The notes below the pieces were generated by a model, which was not told the DNA's origin, made no database searches, and worked only from the letters and a program-made list of their open reading frames with translations. A stretch of 61,336 bases of DNA, filler included, from an uncultured Methanosarcinales archaeon (lineage in GTDB: Archaea > Nanobdellota > Nanobdellia > Woesearchaeales > CAIVOO01): the NCBI GenBank assembly GCA_964485195.1. It is 5 parts of 5 records of this genome, joined end to end, with 100 filler letters (N's around TTAATTAATTAA, not from the genome) between each part and the next. Parts side by side here need not be neighbours in the genome. Positions count along the whole stretch, not along the records: positions 1 to 23,503 come from CAZAIK010000002.1; 4 more parts are not named here. One strand, given 5' to 3'. Shown piece by piece: positions 1-10,180 of the stretch (positions are counted from its first letter, which is position 1; every line of letters starts with the position of its first letter). The position numbers were made by a program, and so were the translations under genes.

Positions 1-235
1 GCTCAAAATTGTTGTAATACCCGCCCTGCAGGCTGTTCCTTATTATCCCCTCCTCGCCAGTCCTTTGAAGGCAGTTTTCCACAAATGTCTGCACAGGCCC
101 TATTTCCCCGGGCGCTTGAGGCCTTTCAACAACCTCTGTCTCCTGCCTGAGGTAGAGCACGAATGCTATTATTGCCAGGATTATTATCCCGACTATGATA
201 AAAGCGGTTATCTGCCCTCTTTTTCCCATTTTCAT
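1..235 (-). CDS. Class III signal peptide (pilin-like) protein, runs off the window edge
   Basis: Manual translation (not in ORF track): MKMGKRGQITAFIIVGIIILAIIAFVLYL..., basic residues + G followed by Q and a hydrophobic helix; frame open to position 1. Confidence 0.8.
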   Translation of the reverse strand, partial: MKMGKRGQITAFIIVGIIILAIIAFVLYLRQETEVVERPQAPGEIGPVQTFVENCLQRTGEEGIIRNSLQGGYYNNFE

Positions 236-287
236 ATCTTGCTGTCTTGTTTTTTTATAATCTTTTTTACTCTTGCGCCTGCGAATA

Positions 288-455
288 CTATTCCTTGGCC
301 TTTCCGAGTATCCTGAAGACCTTTGTGCCGCAGTTGGGGCATTCTCCCTTTATAGCTTCCATCCCGTTCTTCATAACAACCTTCTTGCCATTCTTTATTT
401 TTACCTGTTTCTTGCACTTCATGCATCTCCCTTCAACTTTTTTTTCTTCTGCCAT
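288..455 (-). CDS. Small basic zinc-ribbon protein, DUF5679-like (55 aa)
   Basis: Manual translation MAEEKKVEGRCMKCKKQVKIKNGKKVVMKNGMEAIKGECPNCGTKVFRILGKAKE; two CxxC pairs; GAGGTGA Shine-Dalgarno just upstream. Confidence 0.85.
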   Translation of the reverse strand: MAEEKKVEGRCMKCKKQVKIKNGKKVVMKNGMEAIKGECPNCGTKVFRILGKAKE

Positions 456-471
456 TTTTCACCTCGTTTTT

Positions 472-996
472 TTATCTCGGAATTCTCCGGGTCCAGTGTC
501 TTACTAAATGCTCCTTTCCTGTCTCCTTCTTTTCCTCCTTCTTCACAATCGGCTCCTGCTTTTTTTCCTGTGGCTGTTCCGCCACCGCCTCTTCAGGAAT
601 CTTCAAAAGTTCGTGTATCTTGTTCATTGAATCCTCAGGAATCTGCTTCTGCTGCCATTCAAAGCTGAGGCCGTCCTCCTGCTTTCTCGGGATTATGTGC
701 ACCATCACGTGGGCGTGCTTCTGCCCTGCCGGCACTCCCTCATTAATCATCAGATTTGTTCCTTCTGCGCCTACTGATTCAAAGATTATTCCCGCTATTT
801 GCTGGGATATGAGGAACATTTTCTGTATGACCGGGTCAGGAACCTGCGGGAGTATTGTGTAATGCTCCTTTGGCATAACTATTGCGTGCCCGAATGCAGC
901 AGGCGAGGGATGGAAGATTGCGAGAATTTCATCATCCTCGTACAATTTCTTAGCTTTACTCTTTCCGCTTGCGTAACCGCAAATCTCGCAGGTCAT
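472..996 (-). CDS. HIT family protein, degenerate triad (HVMVH)
   Basis: CxxC start, P..GH..V.PKEH, G.N, AGQ..H...HIIPR; charged C-terminal tail. Confidence 0.85.
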   Translation of the reverse strand: MTCEICGYASGKSKAKKLYEDDEILAIFHPSPAAFGHAIVMPKEHYTILPQVPDPVIQKMFLISQQIAGIIFESVGAEGTNLMINEGVPAGQKHAHVMVHIIPRKQEDGLSFEWQQKQIPEDSMNKIHELLKIPEEAVAEQPQEKKQEPIVKKEEKKETGKEHLVRHWTRRIPR

Positions 997-1676
997 GAGA
1001 ACATCTCCGTGATTTTGTCCAGGTCTATTTCCTTTTTCTCCTCTGTTTTTTCTTCCTCTTTTGCTGTTTCTTTTTCCGCTTCCCTTGATTCTTCTGTTTT
1101 TGTTTTACTGGCTTTTTCCTTTTCTTCTTCTCTAACCTCCTCCCCTGTTTCTTTTTCCTCTGTTTTTTCTTCCTTAACTGCTTCTTTCCCCTCTCCTGCC
1201 TTTGGTTTTTCTGTTTCTTCCACAGCCGGGCTTTCAAAATCAACGTTGGGAAAATAATTCTTCAAGGTGGGCTTGAGGTTTTCGTAAAGGGCGTTCAGTT
1301 CCTTCTCGTCAATGGGATTTACAGGGATGTCAAGGCTCAAGCCGTCCCCTGAGAACCTTGGTATTACGTGAAGGATGAAATGAGGGGCTTTCTGCCCTGC
1401 TATCTGGCCGTTTGCTATGAAGAAGTTGATGCCTTCCGGCTTCAGGACCTTGAACATCAGCTCTGAAATCCTCTTGCTTATTATTCCAAGATGCATAACC
1501 TCCTCTTCAGAGAGCTGGTTGAAAATGGCGTGATGCTGCTTTGTCAGCACCAGGAGATGGGCGGGGTTTGCCGGGTAAATGTCAAGCACTACCCTGACCT
1601 TGTCATCCTCGTAAATTGTCTTTGAAGGCACCCCTCCGTTCGCAATCCCGCAGAAAATGCACTGCTGCTGGTCCAT
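993..1676 (-). CDS. HIT family protein, degenerate triad (HFILH), with Glu/Lys-rich tail
   Basis: CIFC..IA.G..P...IYED, LDIYP, AGQKAPHFILHVIPRF; ATGA overlap with the next HIT gene. Confidence 0.9.
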   Translation of the reverse strand: MDQQQCIFCGIANGGVPSKTIYEDDKVRVVLDIYPANPAHLLVLTKQHHAIFNQLSEEEVMHLGIISKRISELMFKVLKPEGINFFIANGQIAGQKAPHFILHVIPRFSGDGLSLDIPVNPIDEKELNALYENLKPTLKNYFPNVDFESPAVEETEKPKAGEGKEAVKEEKTEEKETGEEVREEEKEKASKTKTEESREAEKETAKEEEKTEEKKEIDLDKITEMFS

Positions 1677-1972
1677 AAGGCATCTTTATTTCTGGCTCTT
1701 TATATATTTTTTTAAATAGCAAAGTCATTTATCAGAATAAACAAAAAATAAAACCATTTCTTTAGGCAATTCTTAATCCGGCTTCTTTTGCCTCATATCT
1801 TGCCCTATCGCCAGAATTGCATAAAAATATTACTGCTCAAGGACGGGTGAAAGAACCAGCAGAGGTTAAATAATGCGGAAACCTGAAAGAATTTTTGATT
1901 TTAAATTCTCCTTGTATTCAACATACTTCTGAAGCAATACCTTTTTAAATAAATCAAACATATGATTTTAAA

Positions 1973-4900
1973 GTGAAAGCTTCCAAAGAGGTGAAGAGGG
2001 AAGCGGTGGCCTTAGTTGCAGCCATCGTGCTGGTTGTGATAGCTGCATTTCTTGTGAAAACATATTTCTATGGGGAAAAGCCGGCGGTGGAGCCCGTAAA
2101 AGAAGCTGTTGAAACAGCTGAAAAAGAGCCAGCTGGACAGGTCCCTGAACGTGAAATATACCTTAAAAAAGCTGAGCAGAATAAGATAAGCATAGAAAAA
2201 TCCGTCAATGAAAGGACAGAGCAGGTGGCAGGGGCAGAATTCAGCAACCTGAAGACGGATATTAATGAAGTCTCTGCAAAAACCGTAAAGCCGAAAAATC
2301 CCGCATTCAGGTCAGAGATATTCGCTGTGAAAAACGCTGATTTTGACGAGGCAAGGATAACATTGCAAAAAACAGGCAGTGTTGATGCTATCTTTTACTG
2401 CCAGAACTTTGATTTTGATAACGAAACCTGCGAGAAATGGGAAAAAACAAACATTCCTTTTGAGCAGACAGAGGACACCGTTACTTTTGCTGTAACGCAT
2501 TTTTCTGCCTATGTTGCCGGGGAAAACGTTTCCCTGTCAGTCTATTCTTATTCAAGGCCTGCAAACATTCAGGCTCCCTTTTATGCAGAATACGTGAATT
2601 CATCAAACAACTGGCAGGTAAATGACTCGTTCGCAAATGTCACCATAAACTTCAGCGACGGGGTTTTTGACAATATGACTTTTAATGCAACCGCCCAGCG
2701 CTGGGAATACAACAGGAGTTTTACATCAGAAGACGTGTACAATTACACAGTGAATGCCACTTCAGCAGTTTATGAAAACCTCAACCTCACGGACAACATT
2801 ACAATATTTGACTGCACAGTCCCGCAGCAGAATACTTACATCAATGAGGATGCAATCCTCTGCCCGGGAAATTTCAGTGACATGAACTTCATCATAAACT
2901 CCAGCAACGTAACCTTCAGCTGCAATGGCGCCACCGGCGGAAGCGGCATAACCTTCATATCCTCCGGCGGGAACAGCAATGTCACGATTGAAAACTGCAC
3001 TCCCGGAAACACATTTCCCAATATCTTGAACATAGTGAACGGGGAGAACATAACCGTCCGGAATGTAAAAGGCGAGAGGAGAGCGAATCTTGCAAATCTC
3101 AGGAATGTCCTCATACAAAACCTGACAGTCATAACACCCTTATTCACCTCGCCTCCTGAAGTGTTGGAAATATCAAACTCGCAAAACATAACAATAAATA
3201 GCTCTTCTTTTAACCAGCGATATTACAATGGTCACAGAGACAGCGTGGTAATATCAGGAGTTTCAGGCCTTGTCATATCAGACACTTTGGCGGCAAAGGC
3301 AACAAGCTTTCACAGGACTCGCAGCTCGCTGGAAATCTCAGATTCAGAAAAAATCCTGATGGACGGCTTTAGGGCCACCACAGATCCTGTCAGGGCCCAT
3401 AACCTGACAAACGTCACCATAAGGAATTCACAAATGTCCAATGTCAAGGTATTCAATGCCACATTCACAAACGCGCTGCTGGAAAACAGCACTATTGACG
3501 GCATTAACATCGACGGCATTAACGTGACAATCACAAACAACACCATACACTTTGTTGAAAACTTGATATATCTCCGCTCCACTATGAACCTGACAAACAG
3601 CTCAATAGTTAACAATACATTTAAAACTCCGCATTCCGGTTCCAGAACATACTCTCTGCAATTGAACAACACTTTGATTGAAGGAAACTCGCTTGAGGGA
3701 ACCGGCGGCACATTAAATCCGATGTTAAACCTGAGAAATTCCGTGAACAGCATAATAATAAACAACAGGATTTTTGACAATGACGATGGAGGATTTTATT
3801 TTTATGCAAGCAATAATAACATAACAATGGACAACTTGACAGTATATGATACGCGCGCGTATTCTGCTCTTTCTTTTTTCTCCGGCAATCCTGAAAACAG
3901 CACTTTCAACAACCTCCACATATATGACAATTACAGAGGCATAACCTCCGCTACAAACGTCACTATAGAAAACAGCACTATAATGAATAATTCATTTAGG
4001 GATATTAATATAGAATCCTCGGACAATCTTCAAATAGAGCTGAGAAATTCAAGAATAGGACAGAGGATATATTTGGCAGGTATAACAAAAATTAAAGGAG
4101 TAAACCTGACATTCCCAAACACCTCCTCGGAAATAATGTATGAGAACATCACCCTCTCAGGCTCCCTGAATGTAAACAATAACCTAACCCTTGGAAACAA
4201 CTTCATAAACGTTCCTTCTGCTGACTTTCCCCAGTTCAACAAGACTGCAATCCTGAAATTCAAGAAACTGCCCTGGACCACGACACCCCAGCTGTTCAAG
4301 GACGGGGTGAGATGCGATGACACCGACGACTGCAACATAACAAGCTATGATGACGGGGCAGGAATTCTCAAGGCAAGGGTGGCTTCCTTCTCAAACTACA
4401 CAACAGGAAACGCGCAAACCTGCTATAACATCACTGATGACTTGTACATCAACAGGAATTCCACTATTTGTTCTGGATCATACCAGGTGAATGACACGAA
4501 CAATGACGGAATCATAATAATTAACGCTTCTGGCATAACCATTACCCTTGAAGGAGGCACGTTTTTATTAAAGGGAAATAACTCAGGAATAGGCTTTTTT
4601 GCAGAGAACAAAACCAGTATTACTTTAGAAAGCTTTGGTACAGGATGCTGGGAGGTGCGGAATTATGAAGAGGCATTCCATTTCAAGAACGTGAGCAATG
4701 TTCGTCTTGAGGATATCATGCTGCGGTACAACGACAATGGAATTGCAATATACAATTCAACAAACTCCAGCATTGTTGCAGTTGAGCCATTTTGCACTGA
4801 TTTAAACAACAGGAAGAATTCTGTTCTGATACTTGGAAGTTCCGGAATATCGGTTGCTAGTATGAGTGCAAAAGCCGCAAATGTCAGCTTTAACATCACT

Positions 4901-7231
4901 GATTCTTCAGGAACAAGCTTGAAGAGCACCGCTACCGGTCCTTTGATAATTGAAGAGAGTAATGTAGGTTTGCAATTAACCAACTCAGAAAACACAACTA
5001 TTGATGGGCGCATTTTAAATAACAATGAGGGAGCTGTTTTTGTTAACTCGACCAATATCGAATTAACAAATAGAGTTTGGAGTGATCAGGTATTAAACAA
5101 CAATATAACCGCGTTTTCATCAACAGGGATAGAAATATTCTCTTCAGCTTTCTTATTCCCATTTGTTAATTCTTCAATAAAACTAACTGATTCGTCTGCA
5201 ATACTCGACACATTCAGTATGCGCAATCAGACAGGTATAGCAGTAAATATTGACAACTCAACAGCAAACATCTCAAACGTAAGCTTTGAGAATAATGACA
5301 TCAGCCTGCTCGTCAACAAAACATCGGGCGTGAACATACTCTCAAGTGATTTCTCTTCAACCAATCTCTCTTTTTATCTCACAGATTCCACCAGCATAAA
5401 CATTTCAGGCATTTCCATATCTTCAAGCGACATTCCATTTTATCTAATTGATTCCACCAGCATAAGCATCTCAAACATTTCAATCAGCGGAAGTTCGGAC
5501 TATGACCTGTTCTCAATTAACTCAAACGCAACTGTCTTTGACTTTTACGCTTCCAATCCTTTTTTCTCAGACGCAAGCTCAAACATTTCAGCGACAAACT
5601 TCACCCTGTCTGCCGTTAATTCATCAATTAATTACGGAAGCATATTCATTGACGAGGCAGTCAACACCTCATCAGGACTTTACCTTTTATGGAACCTTTC
5701 AGGGCTGGACCCTTCCATAAACCCTGCATTCAACCAAAGCGCCACCATAACCCTTTACAACCTGCTCTGGCCGGTGAATCCCTTTGTCAAGAAGGACGGG
5801 GTGAGGTGCGACAACACCTCTGAATGCACAATAATAAGCTATGACAACCAGAACGGCACATTAATGTTCAACGTCACTGGCTTTTCAAACTATTCCAGCT
5901 CAAACCCAAACCTTCCGGGAACCCCTGACAATGACCCTCCCACAGAGCCGGATGTCTATGACGGCAAGGACTTCGTGGATAGGAACTGGACCAGCAGCCA
6001 GAGTGTTCTTTACGGCTCCTGGAACGGCTCTCAGGACAGGAGCAACATCTTCTATTCATACAGGGTTGTTGACGGAAACGGCTCCTGCCCTGACGGGTGC
6101 GCATTGAAGTACGTGGGCTCTGCAAGGCAGGTGACAGTGAGCGGGCTCTCGCTTGCAGAATGCCACACCTACTTCTTTGAGGTTAGGGCAGAGGACACCT
6201 TCTACAACACTGCCAACATAACATCTTCAGACGGGATAACTGTTGATGTTACAGAGCCTGCAATATCATCCCTTGAAAGCCCAACCCATCCCAGCCAGAA
6301 TGTTTATTACAACAAGAACGATGTGGAATTCAACTGGGCCGGGGCAGAGCCTGATAACACCTGCCCTGCCAATGCCAGCGGAGTGGCAGGCTTTTCATAC
6401 GCTTTTGACAGGAGCTCCAGCACAATACCTGACGCAACAATAGACACAACTTCCAACAGCACTTCATTCAGCAATGTCCAGAACGGGGAGTGGTATTTCC
6501 ACATAAGGGCAATAGACAGGGCAGGCAACGCAGGCACAACCTCTGCCAGGAGAGTGAGGATTAATGCCACCACTCCAAGAGTGACCATTGAGCCTGTGGA
6601 AACTCCCACCCTGCTGGCGAACGTCAACATATCAGGACGAGTCACTGGCAATGTCTCAGACACAATAGCTGTTTTCAGGAACGATGACAACACGCAGAAC
6701 ATATCAATAGGAAGCACCCAAACCGCTTTCACATTTAACACAGGCCTTGACCTGGGAATCAATGAAATTTACGTGAATGCGCTGCTTAACGGCACAACCG
6801 TGGACACCTCCAACACCCTGTACATAAGGAGGCTGAGCGAGGCCAGGAGAAACATAACAGGATTCACAGTTTCCTACAGCGGAGGCTCACTCACAGACAC
6901 GTCAGAAAGCAATCTTTTAGTCACAGAATCCGCAGATGCAGATTTCGGAGTGGGAAAGTCGTCAAACAGGCTGTTTGTTTTCGTGACAAAGCCTGGTGCA
7001 GACACAGCAGAAAGGGAAAGCTATGTTGTCAATAACACCTTTTTTGACTTGATGAATCCTTCCATAGGATTTCCCCTCAGCATAGAGCAGAGGGACATAA
7101 GCACGATACTGAACTACCAGGATTTGGAGATAGTGGGAAACCAGTCTGTGCAGGCAGGACGCTACACACTCGTGATTACCAACAACGGCACTGTAAACGG
7201 AACCCCGCAGATAGTGGTAAGGTTAATATGA
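1973..7231 (+). CDS. Large secreted/surface protein (1752 aa): parallel beta-helix (NosD/pectin-lyase-like) repeats, repeated xFSxY-ending modules, FN3/Ig-like C-terminal region
   Basis: N-terminal TM; very Asn/Ser/Thr/Ile-rich with many N-x-S/T sequons; N.TI.N repeats; WYFHIRAIDRAGN and YFFEVRAED FN3-like strands. Confidence 0.85.
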   Translation: MKASKEVKREAVALVAAIVLVVIAAFLVKTYFYGEKPAVEPVKEAVETAEKEPAGQVPEREIYLKKAEQNKISIEKSVNERTEQVAGAEFSNLKTDINEVSAKTVKPKNPAFRSEIFAVKNADFDEARITLQKTGSVDAIFYCQNFDFDNETCEKWEKTNIPFEQTEDTVTFAVTHFSAYVAGENVSLSVYSYSRPANIQAPFYAEYVNSSNNWQVNDSFANVTINFSDGVFDNMTFNATAQRWEYNRSFTSEDVYNYTVNATSAVYENLNLTDNITIFDCTVPQQNTYINEDAILCPGNFSDMNFIINSSNVTFSCNGATGGSGITFISSGGNSNVTIENCTPGNTFPNILNIVNGENITVRNVKGERRANLANLRNVLIQNLTVITPLFTSPPEVLEISNSQNITINSSSFNQRYYNGHRDSVVISGVSGLVISDTLAAKATSFHRTRSSLEISDSEKILMDGFRATTDPVRAHNLTNVTIRNSQMSNVKVFNATFTNALLENSTIDGINIDGINVTITNNTIHFVENLIYLRSTMNLTNSSIVNNTFKTPHSGSRTYSLQLNNTLIEGNSLEGTGGTLNPMLNLRNSVNSIIINNRIFDNDDGGFYFYASNNNITMDNLTVYDTRAYSALSFFSGNPENSTFNNLHIYDNYRGITSATNVTIENSTIMNNSFRDINIESSDNLQIELRNSRIGQRIYLAGITKIKGVNLTFPNTSSEIMYENITLSGSLNVNNNLTLGNNFINVPSADFPQFNKTAILKFKKLPWTTTPQLFKDGVRCDDTDDCNITSYDDGAGILKARVASFSNYTTGNAQTCYNITDDLYINRNSTICSGSYQVNDTNNDGIIIINASGITITLEGGTFLLKGNNSGIGFFAENKTSITLESFGTGCWEVRNYEEAFHFKNVSNVRLEDIMLRYNDNGIAIYNSTNSSIVAVEPFCTDLNNRKNSVLILGSSGISVASMSAKAANVSFNITDSSGTSLKSTATGPLIIEESNVGLQLTNSENTTIDGRILNNNEGAVFVNSTNIELTNRVWSDQVLNNNITAFSSTGIEIFSSAFLFPFVNSSIKLTDSSAILDTFSMRNQTGIAVNIDNSTANISNVSFENNDISLLVNKTSGVNILSSDFSSTNLSFYLTDSTSINISGISISSSDIPFYLIDSTSISISNISISGSSDYDLFSINSNATVFDFYASNPFFSDASSNISATNFTLSAVNSSINYGSIFIDEAVNTSSGLYLLWNLSGLDPSINPAFNQSATITLYNLLWPVNPFVKKDGVRCDNTSECTIISYDNQNGTLMFNVTGFSNYSSSNPNLPGTPDNDPPTEPDVYDGKDFVDRNWTSSQSVLYGSWNGSQDRSNIFYSYRVVDGNGSCPDGCALKYVGSARQVTVSGLSLAECHTYFFEVRAEDTFYNTANITSSDGITVDVTEPAISSLESPTHPSQNVYYNKNDVEFNWAGAEPDNTCPANASGVAGFSYAFDRSSSTIPDATIDTTSNSTSFSNVQNGEWYFHIRAIDRAGNAGTTSARRVRINATTPRVTIEPVETPTLLANVNISGRVTGNVSDTIAVFRNDDNTQNISIGSTQTAFTFNTGLDLGINEIYVNALLNGTTVDTSNTLYIRRLSEARRNITGFTVSYSGGSLTDTSESNLLVTESADADFGVGKSSNRLFVFVTKPGADTAERESYVVNNTFFDLMNPSIGFPLSIEQRDISTILNYQDLEIVGNQSVQAGRYTLVITNNGTVNGTPQIVVRLI

Positions 7232-7686
7232 ACAAGAAATCCCAGTTTTACATCTTGACAGCAGTCATCCTGCTGGCCATAACCTTCGGGCTTTTCACAG
7301 TGCAAAAAACAGTGCCCAGGCCTTCAGGAACATTTGACTTGCTTGTCAGCAATTATATGAAAGAGGCACCGTTAGCTGCCAATTCCGGGGATTTGGAAGG
7401 ATTTACCAGGGACTTTTACGATTTTGCGCTGACCAGGGAGGGAGGATTTGAAATGATGTATGCCTTTGCTTCACAAGGCAATGTTTCAGTCCTGAGCCTC
7501 ATAAAATCAAGAATTTTTATAAACCAGTTCAGCTTATCATTCAACGACACCATCACACTGACAGGCCCCGAGGAATTGACAGTGTCCATAGGCAGTGAGC
7601 AATACATCATTAACACTTCCAGCCAGGGCTTGAAGGCAATATTTTTGTTGCAGAAGGAAAACAGCAGGCAGGTAAGGATAGAATGA
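7228..7686 (+). CDS. Putative minor pilin (class III signal peptide)
   Basis: MNKKSQFYILTAVILLA N-terminus; coupled to neighbours by ATGA overlaps. Confidence 0.7.
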   Translation: MNKKSQFYILTAVILLAITFGLFTVQKTVPRPSGTFDLLVSNYMKEAPLAANSGDLEGFTRDFYDFALTREGGFEMMYAFASQGNVSVLSLIKSRIFINQFSLSFNDTITLTGPEELTVSIGSEQYIINTSSQGLKAIFLLQKENSRQVRIE

Positions 7687-8168
7687 GGCGAAAAGCAATT
7701 TCACCACTGATAGGCTACGTGCTTCTGGTAGGATTTGTCGTGGCCCTGGCAGCTTTTGTGTTCAGCTGGATGAGCGGGTTTAGCGAGGATTCAACATCTG
7801 ACATAAAGGAAAGGGTGTTTGACGCAGAGCTCTGCGATAGTATGGGAGTAAGTGTTATAGCCTGCATTAACAGTTCAACATCGCAAAATTTATATATAAA
7901 CGTGACCAATAGAGGTGATTTAAGGACAACAAAATTAATATTCAGGTTCATACAGCTGAGAAACACGTCAATCCAGGACCTTTTGGTGTCTGAAATCAAC
8001 ACAACCATAAAACCTCAAAACACAAAGAATTTCAGTGCAGAACAGTTAACCCTAAGCTGGGAAGTGAATGACCAGACACAGGTGGAAGTGGTGCCTGCAA
8101 CAGAAAAAGAGGATTTTTTGATTGTGTGCGATGAAAGAAAGGGAGAGGCTGTTTTTGAAAACTGCTGA
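7683..8168 (+). CDS. Archaeal type IV pilin-like protein
   Basis: MRRKA/ISPLIGYVLLVGFVVALA archaellin/pilin N-terminal helix. Confidence 0.9.
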   Translation: MRRKAISPLIGYVLLVGFVVALAAFVFSWMSGFSEDSTSDIKERVFDAELCDSMGVSVIACINSSTSQNLYINVTNRGDLRTTKLIFRFIQLRNTSIQDLLVSEINTTIKPQNTKNFSAEQLTLSWEVNDQTQVEVVPATEKEDFLIVCDERKGEAVFENC

Positions 8169-8179
8169 AAAGAGGCGAC

Positions 8180-8494
8180 ATGGCGAAGAAAAAAAACGAT
8201 TCAGAAATCGAGAGGGAAATCATTGAGATAGAGGTTGAGAAGTCAAGGCTCAACAGGGAAAAGGCGATGATTGTCCTCAACAAAAGCCTTTTCATATACT
8301 TCGCGTTTCTCTTTGTGGGAATAATAGGCTTCATCAACGCCTACCTGTCCAAGACACTGCTAAATGCCATAATATTTGTGGGGTTAGTCGTGCTGGTAAT
8401 AGGGACAGTGCCTTATGTGCAGACTATGAAGAGGGAAGAGAAAAAATTAAATGATTTAATAGATGACTTAAAAAAGAAAGGGGTAAAGGCATGA
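8180..8494 (+). CDS. Small two-TM membrane protein
   Basis: Two hydrophobic helices flanked by charged coiled segments; within the pilin run. Confidence 0.75.
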   Translation: MAKKKNDSEIEREIIEIEVEKSRLNREKAMIVLNKSLFIYFAFLFVGIIGFINAYLSKTLLNAIIFVGLVVLVIGTVPYVQTMKREEKKLNDLIDDLKKKGVKA

Positions 8495-9018
8495 TGTTCA
8501 GGTCAAAAAGAGGTGTATCGCCATTAATAGCAACAGTGCTTCTCATAGCTTTCGCTGTGGCTCTCGGAGCAGTGGTTATGAACTGGGGCAGGACTTATGT
8601 TGAGGACACGGCCTCGCTTGCAAGGGAGAAATCAGACACAGAGATACAGTGCAGCTCTGACGTGCAGCTTTCATTCCTGAAAGTAAGGGGGATAAAAAGG
8701 GTATGCTACGAGTATGACACTAAAACCTATATAAACTTCACTGTTGAAAACACAGGCAAGCTGGACATAGTCGGGCTTGAAATAACCATTGTGGGAGGGA
8801 AGGACATAAACACAACAAGCATCGACCTGAAATCCATGAATATGACGCTGAAAAGGGCCCGCTTCTACAGGAACGAAAGCGTGGATATGGGAGACTTGGG
8901 CGTGCCCGAGCAGATAAGGATCGTGCCTGAGATAGAAGTGGAGGGGTCAAGGGTCACCTGTCCTGGAACATCCCTTAACGAAGACGAATTCCTCAAGGAA
9001 TGTGGCGAGCTTGGATAA
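8491..9018 (+). CDS. Archaeal type IV pilin (candidate major pilin)
   Basis: SKRG/VSPLIATVLLIAFAVALGAVV canonical class III signal peptide. Confidence 0.92.
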   Translation: MMFRSKRGVSPLIATVLLIAFAVALGAVVMNWGRTYVEDTASLAREKSDTEIQCSSDVQLSFLKVRGIKRVCYEYDTKTYINFTVENTGKLDIVGLEITIVGGKDINTTSIDLKSMNMTLKRARFYRNESVDMGDLGVPEQIRIVPEIEVEGSRVTCPGTSLNEDEFLKECGELG

Positions 9019-9440
9019 TGGCTGAGCGATCCAAAAACATAGCTTTGTTTGTATTTCTGATATTCCTTTTCATATTCCTGGCAGTGATAATCTTTGTTTT
9101 TCTGTACAGCTCCTACACCAGCACGGCAAATTACAGCGTGGAAACCACAAGGACTTCAGTGGAATGCGCAAGCTACACTTTCAGGATAGTGGGAGGCTCA
9201 TTGAATTATGAGAACGGAACGCTTTCCTTTGTCTTTGACCCTTCCTTGGGAAGGGCGAGAGAGCCAAACGCGCTGGTAATCAACACCACAGAAGGGGAAG
9301 CTGAAACCACACCCATAAAGTTCACCTTCAAGCAAAGGATAAGAATAAAAATCCCGCCAGTCACGCAATTTCAGGTTTATCCCAAGGGATGCCCTGACAT
9401 CATAAGAAACTGCGACCTGGATGATAACAGATGCAAATGA
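9018..9440 (+). CDS. Membrane-anchored pilin-associated protein
   Basis: TAATG overlap gives start 9018; one N-terminal TM followed by a beta-rich Cys-containing domain. Confidence 0.7.
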   Translation: MAERSKNIALFVFLIFLFIFLAVIIFVFLYSSYTSTANYSVETTRTSVECASYTFRIVGGSLNYENGTLSFVFDPSLGRAREPNALVINTTEGEAETTPIKFTFKQRIRIKIPPVTQFQVYPKGCPDIIRNCDLDDNRCK

Positions 9441-10180
9441 GAAAAAAAGCCCAGGTATGGATTTCAGCAGTGCTTTATGTTCTTGTAATAGTGGCCATAA
9501 TAGTGATAGTCATAGAGGCAATGACCCCTGTTATAGAGGACCTGAAGGACAAGGCAATCTATAACAGGGTGAGGGAAACCTTCCTCTCCATAAATGAGTA
9601 CATCAGGGATGTGAGCAACGAGGGGCAGGGAAGCCAGAGAACAATACCTGTGGAGGTGCAGAAGGGCACGCTTAACATAGAGGACAACCAGCTCAGGTGG
9701 AATCTGGAGACAGGCGCATCAATACTGGAGCCTAGGACGCAGGTGGAACTCGGAAATCTCATCATAGTGGCCAACGGGGATGTTGACGCCTACAGGACAA
9801 ACAGGAGCACTTTCATCCTGAGAAATTCCAATGTTTTTTTTGAATTCTACAAATACGGCTCTGAAAACAATTTCGTGAACCAGACCAACAGCTCGGGAAG
9901 CATAATTTCATACACTGGCTCAAGCATAATAAAAAGAACGGTTTTCCTGAAAGGACAGCGGCAGGTAAATGTTACACCCTCCTATTCATTTTTCGTTCCA
10001 CCTGACACAGGAAACACAGTGGTGAATGGCTACACCATACTGCCCAGAAAGGGCTTTGACCTTGGCGAGGCCAGTGTGATAGCGCACATCAACTCTTCCA
10101 ACTATGAGTATAATCTCATACTAACCCTTGAAAGCCAGGCCGATTACCTTCAGGTGAAACTGGAAGAGGATTTATCCTAG
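9437..10180 (+). CDS. Putative minor pilin (class III signal peptide)
   Basis: MRKKA/QVWISAVLYVLVIVAIIVIV. Confidence 0.8.
   Translation: MRKKAQVWISAVLYVLVIVAIIVIVIEAMTPVIEDLKDKAIYNRVRETFLSINEYIRDVSNEGQGSQRTIPVEVQKGTLNIEDNQLRWNLETGASILEPRTQVELGNLIIVANGDVDAYRTNRSTFILRNSNVFFEFYKYGSENNFVNQTNSSGSIISYTGSSIIKRTVFLKGQRQVNVTPSYSFFVPPDTGNTVVNGYTILPRKGFDLGEASVIAHINSSNYEYNLILTLESQADYLQVKLEEDLS

Noticed and set aside
65..1257. Overlapping Phe/Ser-rich or Lys/Arg-rich ORFs (e.g. 273-668, 799-1257, 1025-1243, 232-426)
   Set aside because: Antisense or alternate-frame shadows of the HIT, zinc-ribbon and pilin-like genes; the same applies to most short nested ORFs in the track.
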